Origin: Planctomycetota bacterium | Lineage (GTDB): Bacteria > Planctomycetota > Phycisphaerae > Tepidisphaerales > Tepidisphaeraceae | Length of the DNA: 64,000 bases | Direction of reading: 5' to 3' | Assembly (NCBI GenBank): GCA_026693085.1 | Contig: JAPLNB010000316.1 | Location: 21,474-85,473 of the forward strand | Shown here: in pieces, positions 18,364 to 26,457 of the stretch | Numbering within the stretch: position 1 is the stretch's first letter | Layout: each line of letters begins with the position of its first letter | Notes under the pieces: model-generated | Told to the model about the DNA's origin: nothing | What the model saw: the letters and a program-made list of their open reading frames with translations, nothing else | Database searches by the model: none | Position numbers and translations under genes: made by a program

Positions 18364-19743
18364 TTACCTCGCCTGGGGGATGGTCATATACAGGGTGAAC
18401 ACGGCATCCGGAAACTTATCGGCGGGCCTAACGATGGCCACAGCGCGGTTGGGGTCATTGACGATGGCGTTCCAACGCTGCTCGCTATCGCCGGTGCGGT
18501 CCAGGCGGTAGTAGATCACCCCACCCTGGCGGAGCAGGCCGGGTGGCAGGTTGCGTTCCTCGATAAGGCGGACGCCGCGCACGAGGCGATTCTTCCACGC
18601 GTGAGCGATCAGCTTGAAGTTGTCCTGGTGCTGCACCAGTTCCGACAAGGCAGCGGGATCGCCCTGCGCGACGACGCCCAGATAGTAGGCATTGGGCTCC
18701 TTGAGCTGTTGCTCAGTGAGCCGGGCGACCAGCAGGCCCTCCTCCTCGGCGAATCGGGCCGCCCAGATGGGCTCGGGCACGGTATCCGCGATGATCGGGT
18801 CAATGCGGCGTTCGAGATCGAGGAAGACGGGTGCGGGATCGTCGTGGCGATACTGGGGGACATCAAACAGGCTGTCGGACTCCGGGTGAAGGGCAAGCAG
18901 CTCCGCCAGCAGGTCGCGCAGCTCGAGGTAGAAGAGGAACGGCGGAATTCCGGCCGTGGCGACCAGGGCAGGCAGGCGCGCGGCAAAGCGGTTCAGAACC
19001 CGCAGTCGGAGGAGCAGACCGAGCTGGGCCGGCTGAACCAACTTGAGGTTGAAGCCGGCTGCGCGAAGTTGGGGAACGAGCTCGTCGCGGCTGGCGACGA
19101 TCTTGTCCGCGATGGCCTTGACGATCCGGCGCAAGTCCCGAGAGCCGTCCAGCACCAGGCAAGGGGGAATGAAGTTTTCGTCGGGTATAGGGCGGCCCAC
19201 GGCGGCGCCGGCCGCCCGCTTGACTCGCAGGAGCGGCATTGTCTCAAACTCCCCCTCGAGTTCGCCGGCCACCAGGCGCGCGTTGATGCGGCGGATGGAA
19301 ACCGGGCGGGGGTTGGCGCCCGTGTTCTCGTCGTGCATCTCGGCATCCAGCGGCTGATAGAGCGCATCGGGCCGCCGTGGTTGCCCGTCGTTCTCGCAGG
19401 AGTTGGGGCGTCGTTCCTGCCAGACGGGAACGGCAAGGCTGATCAGAAGCGATCCGTCGGCCGCATCGAGTGCGGCCTTGATATCCAGCGGTTGCAGGTC
19501 GGCATTACCCGGAACCCTCACCTCGCGACCGCTACGGAGGATCACCCTCAGCCGGGCAAATTCCACGCGCCCGGTAGCCAGCGCCTCGTAGGACAGATCG
19601 GCCTCGATCACCCCATAGGGAAACGACCAGGCCAGCATGCGATCGCTGTCCATCCGGTCCAGCAGACGCCTCTGCATTACCTGGAGATGATGGGCCTCAA
19701 GGTACATCCCTTCACACCAATGGACCAGCTCGAAAGAAGCCAT
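18364..19743 (-). CDS. tssK: T6SS baseplate protein TssK
   Basis: 459 aa. The N-terminus 'VHWCEGMYLEAHHLQVMQRRL' matches the TssK 'W.eGm.L.pqHfQ' signature. Position is upstream of tssL. Confidence 0.9.
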   Translation of the reverse strand: MASFELVHWCEGMYLEAHHLQVMQRRLLDRMDSDRMLAWSFPYGVIEADLSYEALATGRVEFARLRVILRSGREVRVPGNADLQPLDIKAALDAADGSLLISLAVPVWQERRPNSCENDGQPRRPDALYQPLDAEMHDENTGANPRPVSIRRINARLVAGELEGEFETMPLLRVKRAAGAAVGRPIPDENFIPPCLVLDGSRDLRRIVKAIADKIVASRDELVPQLRAAGFNLKLVQPAQLGLLLRLRVLNRFAARLPALVATAGIPPFLFYLELRDLLAELLALHPESDSLFDVPQYRHDDPAPVFLDLERRIDPIIADTVPEPIWAARFAEEEGLLVARLTEQQLKEPNAYYLGVVAQGDPAALSELVQHQDNFKLIAHAWKNRLVRGVRLIEERNLPPGLLRQGGVIYYRLDRTGDSEQRWNAIVNDPNRAVAIVRPADKFPDAVFTLYMTIPQAR

Positions 19744-19758
19744 GGATCAGTCTCCACG

Positions 19759-20610
19759 CTAATGCCCCGACCCCTCGCTCTTCCGTTCTTCTATACACGC
19801 ATCGATAGCCTGGCGGATGGCCCGTTGCATCGGCGCCTCCTCCAGTTGAGGGGCCAGACGCTGGCTGTACACCTCCCAGCACCTGGCTTTGGCGTTCTTG
19901 AAAAACCCGCCCGCCTCCGCCTCCACCGCGGTTTCGATATTTTCCGGACGGAGCTTCATCAGGTGCTGCTCGCAAAGCTTGGATGCCACACCGGGCAGCG
20001 CGCTGGTTACCGCCATCGCCTTCTCGATTCTGTTCCGGAACTCGGCCAAGTTGGTCGTCAGAGATGAATCGCGTTCGTCTTTGAGGGACTGATCGACCAG
20101 TCGTTTCCACCCATCTCGCTGGCTGCTGGAGTCCACGGCCTGCACAAATTCGACGAACCTCTGCAGTGCCACCGCCACGCGGGGCAACTCAACCGGAGCA
20201 GGCAGGGGCTTGGCAGGTGGCGGCATTGGCGCGGGGCTACCGACGCGCCATGCCTCTCGCAATCGCTTCATGATCTCCTCCCGCTGGTTCGACGACAGCT
20301 TGGCCCCCTGCTCAATCACCCGCTGCAGCATGGAATCCAGATCCAATTCATCCGGTTTAACGGGCGCGCTGCCACCAGCCGCGTCACCCCAGGCAGGGAA
20401 ATGGCCGGACAGCTCGGCCAAGAACGCGCGACACTCCGAATTGGGAACGTCTTTCAAGGCGGCCATCAGCTCCCGATACAGGAACTCCTCGCGAGCTGCG
20501 CCATCCTCTTCGCTGCAATTGATCTGCACGAGGCGCAGCGCATTGGCGGTCGCGTTCACTCTCCGCAGTAGATCGTTCGACAAGGTGCCCAAAGCTGATT
20601 CTCCAGCCAA
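19759..20610 (-). CDS. Hypothetical T6SS-associated protein occupying the Fha/TagH slot, with no FHA domain
   Basis: 283 aa, protein-like composition, ends 16 nt before the tssK ATG. The start is a TTG without an obvious SD, so the start is uncertain. No FHA motif is seen. The C-terminal 'GGFFKNAKARCWEVYSQRL' weakly recalls the TagH C-terminal region (from memory). Confidence 0.55.
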   Translation of the reverse strand: MAGESALGTLSNDLLRRVNATANALRLVQINCSEEDGAAREEFLYRELMAALKDVPNSECRAFLAELSGHFPAWGDAAGGSAPVKPDELDLDSMLQRVIEQGAKLSSNQREEIMKRLREAWRVGSPAPMPPPAKPLPAPVELPRVAVALQRFVEFVQAVDSSSQRDGWKRLVDQSLKDERDSSLTTNLAEFRNRIEKAMAVTSALPGVASKLCEQHLMKLRPENIETAVEAEAGGFFKNAKARCWEVYSQRLAPQLEEAPMQRAIRQAIDACIEERKSEGSGH

Positions 20611-20929
20611 ATAGTCGAGCCCACAATTGGCCTAAAGGGCACAAGCATATATAGTCCCCTGAATCACCAATTGCAAGGTAGTGCGTTCGTGTTGCCGTAC
20701 AGGGTGCTGCATGATATCGGACGCCCCTTGCCGTGGCCTTGCCCGCATCCCGGCGTTCAGAGGTCCGATTACGCATAGCCCTTCCATATCCCGACCCGTG
20801 AGCGGAGAATGACCGGCAACCCAGGAATGGGCGTATCTCAAGTCATACCGATGAAAAGCCGATGCACGTCACGTATGGTGGCGGACAGCCGCCATTCAGT
20901 TGTCCTTAACTGGACAGAAGGATATAGCC

Positions 20930-21163
20930 ATGACGCGACGTTGGATCATCCTGACACTGGCGGCCGGTTCGGCGATTGTCCTGTGCAACGGGTGCGGCTC
21001 CAGCAGCCAGGCCCCCGCGGTCGGCGCCACCGGGTACAACTTCTCCCCCGGTCAACCTGTCGTGCTCAGTTCGGGCGACGCTATCGGCCGCCGCATGCAC
21101 GCCACTCAACGTTCCGGCCTGGCCGACAACGGCAGCGAGGCAACCGTCTCCATCAGGCCTTGA
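20930..21163 (+). CDS. Small putative secreted protein or lipoprotein (77 aa)
   Basis: ATG 20930 follows GAAGGA. Signal-like 'MTRRWIILTLAAGSAIVLCNGCGSS' has an imperfect lipobox. It is the only plus-strand ORF inside the island. The call is weak. Confidence 0.3.
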   Translation: MTRRWIILTLAAGSAIVLCNGCGSSSQAPAVGATGYNFSPGQPVVLSSGDAIGRRMHATQRSGLADNGSEATVSIRP

Positions 21164-21360
21164 ACAAGCGAGTTTCTCTCGCATCGTTGCTATGGCGGCG
21201 TAGTGTCTGTGGCGCGCAGACCACAACGGCCGCGCCGATTTTCGCTTCGGCACGTCCGTCCGGTTCTCGTCTTGTGGTTGGCTTAGGGCGGAAGACGGAT
21301 CGCCCCGAGGGTATCACCGAACCGCTCCGGTGTTGCCGTTACTCACGGTTGCGCGGGGGG

Positions 21361-24300
21361 TTATTTGGCTAAGACGTAGTTCGCCTTGGCAATGAATGTG
21401 CGGAGGGGGGATGTGGCGGGGGCGGCGCTGGCGCTAAAGGCGAGGCGGAAGCCGACGTCGGAGAATGCCTCAGGCCGGATCGCCCATGGGTTTCCGTTGA
21501 TCCTTTCAACACCTGAGGTGAGGTCTTTGGGGTCGGGCGCGGAAAGGGCGGACGCACCGATGATCAACAGTCTCACCTCTTTATTCTGAGGCTTCCCGTC
21601 CTCCCCGAGTGCCAACGGTTCATTCGTCACGAACTCGGCAACGTTCCCGATCAGATGATAGAAGTCGGTGGCCTTCCCAGGGTCTGGACAGACCTTGTCG
21701 AACCAGAGGGAACCATCCACGTAAGGCAGGCCCGGCCCTCCAGTTACGAATTTGCCGTTCAGGTTCTGGTCCCATATGTCGCCGGCAGCTTGGGGGTTGG
21801 ACGAGTACGAGCCTGAGCTTGGGTCGGGCGCGTTCAGCCAAGGGGGCTCAGCCTGCAGCAACTTTGGAACGTACTCGTGCTGTATCTGCCACACCGAGTC
21901 GCGCAGGTTCGGCTTTGCGCCGGGCGGCATCTTCTTTTCCGCCGCCTGCCATTCTTTTTCGGTCGGCAGGCGGCAGCCCAAGAGATCCGCAAGACGCACT
22001 GCTGCCTTAGAAGTAAGATACTGGATCGGGTGCTCACGTTCGGGGGGACCGCCAGGGGGCAACAGACCGTTGGCATCGCGCAAGTTCGGGGCATAGTAGT
22101 CGTTCTTCTCGCGATCCTGTCTGGGCATCCAGCCCTCTTTCTTCAATGGCTCCCTGATGGTTTGCTTGTCGAGAGACCAAGTGAGCACACTACTGCCGTC
22201 GCTCCACACACGTTGAATTTCATCCTTCTCGACTTGAGGCCACAACGCACGCGACGCCGTGTAGATATCCGCGAACAACCCCACGGACATTTCTGTGGTG
22301 CAGAGGTAGGCGCCCGGACCATGACCATCGGCCGTCTTGACGTGGCGGAAGAATAGTGTGTGTTTCTTGTTCTGGGGCGAAGACCAGGTGAACTCCAAGA
22401 CCCCGTCTTGCTCGTTCTTCTGAAGGGTCCACTTGACTTTGGCTTTTTCCGAAGCGGGGCCGGCGTCGGTCGGTTGACTGGACGGCGCAGTAGCGGGTCG
22501 CGTAGCCGGACCGTCGTTATTGAGGGCGGTCTTCAGTTCGCCCTTCAGCTTGCTGAGTGCCGAATCGTCCGGGGGCTCGTTCCCGTTCTCGATTAACTTC
22601 TTCATTAAATCCCCGACGACCTGCTTCAGTTTCTCGTCCGAGGCCTGTTTCAGGTTCTCGTCCGAGACCTGTTTCAGCAGCAGATCATGCCTAAGGTCGG
22701 CGGAAACATCCTTATCCTTCAGGGGCCATGGATCGTCATCAAGAAGAAAGCTCTTCTTGCTGGCAATCGCCGACTCCAAGTCCTTTAACGTATGAATGTT
22801 CGGCGCGCGCTTCGTCCAGAATCCCTTCACTTCCCTAAGGACATCCTCCTTTGCCTTGCCAACTAGCTCTTTGAGAAGCTGGCCTGCCAGGTCGAACTCC
22901 TCGCTGTTCTGGAAGCTGTCCTCAGACAATGCGTCAAGTCGGCGGAGCACAGCCAGCTTCACAGCCAGCTTCGCAGCGGGCTGCCGGTAGATTTCCGAGA
23001 GCGTCTTGCGATCAGTTTTGTCCGCGACCGTCTGCAGCAAAAGCTCGACTTGCGGCCAAATGGGGTTGCCGCTCAGTCCAAGCTTCACTTCATCGTCCTT
23101 GGCGATATTCTGGGCCATGTCAGTAACTTTTTTCTGTTCATCGGCAGGGAGGTACTGACCCGACAACCTCTGACAAATCAAGCTCCAGCCATCGCTTAGC
23201 GGTGTCAGCTTCTTATGCCACTCCTTGTATGCCGATTTCGCGGAAACGAACTTTTGCTCGAACCGGTTCGTCCAGTCCGCCAGCTTAGTCCAATCCGCGG
23301 GGGCGGGGACAAGTGATTTGGCCGCCTCGCTTCGCGCTGTATTCGCGAGGGTCTGGAACTCCTTCGGCCAGCCGTTCGTCGCAGCATCCTCAGAAGCCCA
23401 GGTTTCTAAATCCGTCAGGTTTTTGCCAGCCTCCTCCGCGGTCTTGATACTAGCCTCGTCTTGCGAGGACAGCCGCTTGACGTACGGTTCCCACTCTGGT
23501 TTTATCTTCAGCGCCTTGAACTCTATTTTGTCCAGAATTGCGATTCGTGCCGCAACGGTCCCACCAGCGATAGCCACATTAATCGAATCGGCCAGTTGCT
23601 TTATATTCGCATCGAGCGTCTTCAGCTCGCCTGGCCTTTCTCTAAGAGCTAGTTGACACGGCGATTTCCCTTTGATCTGGTTAAATGATAGACGGAGATT
23701 GGTATTCCGTTTCGCCAATTCGTCAATCTTCTCAGCCGCAACCTTACTCGTCTTAGCATTCTCAATCGATGCGTCGACTTGGGAAAACCGATTGCCAGGC
23801 CAGCCGGCGAGCATGTTGTCAAACCTCGTCTTCTCGTCGGGCTTCAATTTGCGGCATTCGTCAGCTAATGTCGTCCAACGCTGATACCGATCGCTCGGGC
23901 TCGTGGCAGGTTGTGTCGTCGCCAACTTGCGTTCAGCAAACACCACCCAATCGACCTCAAGCTTGCGATCTCCAACAACGTACGAGTGAATGTCACCAAT
24001 CGCCGTCCCGACTGTGCTCAGCTTTTTCTCAAGACTCCCAAGGTCATTTGCCCCGAGCAGTTCGTCTGCCATGAAGCCGGATAGTCCAGCAAGATCCGAA
24101 TCTCCTGGCCTGGCAAGAAGAACTTTCGCGATTTGGTCATTGATCTCCGTGCGCTTCTTACTCGACGTCGCAAGGCGATCGCGAAGACCCTGGACTGCGG
24201 CGGCGAGTTCGCTCGGTTTCATGTCGGACTTGAGCTTGCCATCGGGATCAATTCCCGGCCTTTCTGGAATGATGGTGCCCGCTCGGACCGAGTTGAATGC

Positions 24301-25767
24301 CTTCTGGGCAGCCTCCATCGACTCGGTGGCTTTGCTTAATTCATCAGCGAGCGCTCTGCATGCCTCCCCAAAGCCCTCCGCTGGCTGCGTGGCGGGAGCA
24401 GGTACAGTCACGGTGATGCCGAGGGACTTGGCAGCGTTCTCAAAGGCCATTCGCTTCTCGTTGATGCCCTTCCGCCACTTGACCATATCGTTACAGACGT
24501 CGGTGAGATTCTTGACGAGGGTTGCGGAAGCGATCAGACGATCAGCCGGGTGTTTGCTCTTGATGATGGCCGTCACGATTCCAGAGTCGCCGGGGACGGT
24601 CTCCGGGATGCTTGTCCGAGCATTCGACAGGTTGTTGCGAAAGGTATTTTCGTCGTCGCCGAAATCCACGCGATCCTTCAGCGTTCTCAGTTCCCCGACC
24701 AGCGCGGTGTCAAAGCTCTTCAATTCCTGCTCGAGATCCGGGATCTTGCTCTTGAGGTCAAGAACCGTGGTGATCTGAGCCGGCTGAACGATGCCATCCG
24801 GCGTTGGTTTGATGGTCGCTGCGACGAGCCTGCTGAGGCGCGGGTCTGACGACGTGACCGGCGTCCACGTCTTCGGGCTCAGGTCGCTTTTGGCCTTTGT
24901 CAGAGCTTCCCGCGCCATGTTGACTTCGCGCCGGATGCTGTGTCCTTTCCACTTGCCCGACCAGGAAAGTGAGATGGACTCAAACCAGGGCCCGGTCTGC
25001 TTCTTGCCGCCTTCTTTGTCAGACTCCCAGGGGGGCCGTTTAGCGCCACCCGACAACAGGCCAACATCTTCGCATTTGCCGATGATCAATTTGAGAGTGG
25101 GGTCACGTTCCCAGTTTTGGCGCGTACCCTCTTGAGCGACCAGTCGTGCGAATTCCCCGAACCAGGGATCATTTTTCAGGGAGGCCAGCGCGCTCCTGTC
25201 ACGCCACCCGACCAGCGCCTGGCCGATGAAATACCCGGCCAGCCCCATCACAAGGGCGATGATGAGCCAGCGAGGAGGGCGCGGCAGGCGGGGTTTCATC
25301 TCCTCCAGCGCCGCGACCAGGTCGGACAGCTTCGTCAGCCGCTGGGAGGCGTCGGGGTCCAGCAGGCGGCCGCAGAGGGAGCACCATGCGTCGACGTGTC
25401 GCCGCAGGCCGGTGAATAGCTTCGGGTCGATCGGATAGTTGAAGATCTTGTCAAACTGTTTATGCGTAACCAGGCGGAAGATCAGCAGGCCCAGCGCATA
25501 CAGGTCGTCGGCTTCCGATGCCGGCGCTATACCCGGCGGGTCGGCCAAAGCAACCCCTGCACGCGACAGCCGCCGCGGCCCGGAGATTAGGATGGTCGCT
25601 GGACTCAGATTGCCGTGGGCTCGCCCGCGAGTCCTGATGAGCTGGTCCAACCCCGCCGCCCCGCCGCTGATCAGGTTGTGCAAGGCGGCGTGTTTCAGCT
25701 CAACGCCGTACTCGAGCAGCCACTCGGCGGACTTTTCGTAGCCTTGGATGGAGCGGGAACTGGCCAT
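21361..25767 (-). CDS. PpkA-slot pseudokinase remnant (C-lobe only), TM, helical ectodomain, C-terminal FGE-sulfatase-like domain (1468 aa)
   Basis: 'RAHGNLSPATILI' replaces HRDLKPxN and 'LSRAGVAL' replaces DFG (nt ~25555-25617). 'EADDLYALGLLIFRLV' is subdomain IX-like. There is no Gly-loop or VAIK and no space for them, because the tssJ-like stop lies 41 nt upstream. TM 'WLIIALVMGLAGYFIGQALVGW' (~25205-25275). FGE-like 'GAYLCTTEMSVGLFADIY' (22261-22320), 'IGNVAEFV', 'IIGASAL', 'FSDVGFRLAFS'. The ectodomain is paralogous to 8742..13064. Confidence 0.75.
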   Translation of the reverse strand: MASSRSIQGYEKSAEWLLEYGVELKHAALHNLISGGAAGLDQLIRTRGRAHGNLSPATILISGPRRLSRAGVALADPPGIAPASEADDLYALGLLIFRLVTHKQFDKIFNYPIDPKLFTGLRRHVDAWCSLCGRLLDPDASQRLTKLSDLVAALEEMKPRLPRPPRWLIIALVMGLAGYFIGQALVGWRDRSALASLKNDPWFGEFARLVAQEGTRQNWERDPTLKLIIGKCEDVGLLSGGAKRPPWESDKEGGKKQTGPWFESISLSWSGKWKGHSIRREVNMAREALTKAKSDLSPKTWTPVTSSDPRLSRLVAATIKPTPDGIVQPAQITTVLDLKSKIPDLEQELKSFDTALVGELRTLKDRVDFGDDENTFRNNLSNARTSIPETVPGDSGIVTAIIKSKHPADRLIASATLVKNLTDVCNDMVKWRKGINEKRMAFENAAKSLGITVTVPAPATQPAEGFGEACRALADELSKATESMEAAQKAFNSVRAGTIIPERPGIDPDGKLKSDMKPSELAAAVQGLRDRLATSSKKRTEINDQIAKVLLARPGDSDLAGLSGFMADELLGANDLGSLEKKLSTVGTAIGDIHSYVVGDRKLEVDWVVFAERKLATTQPATSPSDRYQRWTTLADECRKLKPDEKTRFDNMLAGWPGNRFSQVDASIENAKTSKVAAEKIDELAKRNTNLRLSFNQIKGKSPCQLALRERPGELKTLDANIKQLADSINVAIAGGTVAARIAILDKIEFKALKIKPEWEPYVKRLSSQDEASIKTAEEAGKNLTDLETWASEDAATNGWPKEFQTLANTARSEAAKSLVPAPADWTKLADWTNRFEQKFVSAKSAYKEWHKKLTPLSDGWSLICQRLSGQYLPADEQKKVTDMAQNIAKDDEVKLGLSGNPIWPQVELLLQTVADKTDRKTLSEIYRQPAAKLAVKLAVLRRLDALSEDSFQNSEEFDLAGQLLKELVGKAKEDVLREVKGFWTKRAPNIHTLKDLESAIASKKSFLLDDDPWPLKDKDVSADLRHDLLLKQVSDENLKQASDEKLKQVVGDLMKKLIENGNEPPDDSALSKLKGELKTALNNDGPATRPATAPSSQPTDAGPASEKAKVKWTLQKNEQDGVLEFTWSSPQNKKHTLFFRHVKTADGHGPGAYLCTTEMSVGLFADIYTASRALWPQVEKDEIQRVWSDGSSVLTWSLDKQTIREPLKKEGWMPRQDREKNDYYAPNLRDANGLLPPGGPPEREHPIQYLTSKAAVRLADLLGCRLPTEKEWQAAEKKMPPGAKPNLRDSVWQIQHEYVPKLLQAEPPWLNAPDPSSGSYSSNPQAAGDIWDQNLNGKFVTGGPGLPYVDGSLWFDKVCPDPGKATDFYHLIGNVAEFVTNEPLALGEDGKPQNKEVRLLIIGASALSAPDPKDLTSGVERINGNPWAIRPEAFSDVGFRLAFSASAAPATSPLRTFIAKANYVLAK

Positions 25768-25808
25768 GAGTATCCAGCCTCGTCACTGCGGAGTCGCGGC
25801 CTGCGCAG

Positions 25809-26351
25809 TCAATCCTTCGCGGGATTGGGAGTTGGCACGATATGCATCGGCACGCCGACGGGCGAGATTGTGATGCTGATGGTGATCGGGTCGCTCCACC
25901 GCTTCTTATCCAGTGGCAGGATGCAGATCCGCGTGTCTTTCATGTCTTTCTCGTCCTTCGATGCTGGCAGGTTGGCCAGGACCACCAGCCACTTTGCCCC
26001 ATACTTCTCCCAGTTCGCCCAGATGGGGTTGTCCGCGGCAAGGACCATGGCCGGCTGCTTGTCTTTGTCCAATATCATCTCCTTCACGACGTTGTTCCGC
26101 TCTTTCGCCGCCCTCAGCAGATTGCCCGCTTTGAACCAATCGTCAACCAGCCCCAGCCCCTTCGTATTGAACCTTTCGAGATCATCGCCATCCGTGACAC
26201 CAACCAAGTGGACGCGAACCGAGGGCTGGCTGATCTCGCGATCCAGGGCCACACTGATATCCGACGGCGGCCGAGTGGGGCCGTTGCACGCGGCAGACAT
26301 CATCGTAAGGGCCAGGACCACGAATCTCACGGGAATTTTTGTCGCAGTCAT
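25809..26351 (-). CDS. tssJ: Outer-membrane lipoprotein, probable TssJ
   Basis: Lipobox 'LALTMMSAAC'. 'SVRVHLVGVTDGDDLERF' and 'AKWLVVLANLP...RICILPL' resemble the SciN/TssJ pattern (from memory). It is the only candidate for the otherwise missing 13th core gene. GGAG lies 8 nt before ATG 26351; the ORF track starts at GTG 26357. Confidence 0.55.
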   Translation of the reverse strand: MTATKIPVRFVVLALTMMSAACNGPTRPPSDISVALDREISQPSVRVHLVGVTDGDDLERFNTKGLGLVDDWFKAGNLLRAAKERNNVVKEMILDKDKQPAMVLAADNPIWANWEKYGAKWLVVLANLPASKDEKDMKDTRICILPLDKKRWSDPITISITISPVGVPMHIVPTPNPAKD

Positions 26352-26457
26352 ACGCACACTCCGGGAGTAAGATTAACTCGCCCTGTGCCCGCGCCCGGCG
26401 GGCGCGGGAAGGAGCACCGGGCTGGAAATGGCGACTCAGACATCCACCGTGGCCGGT

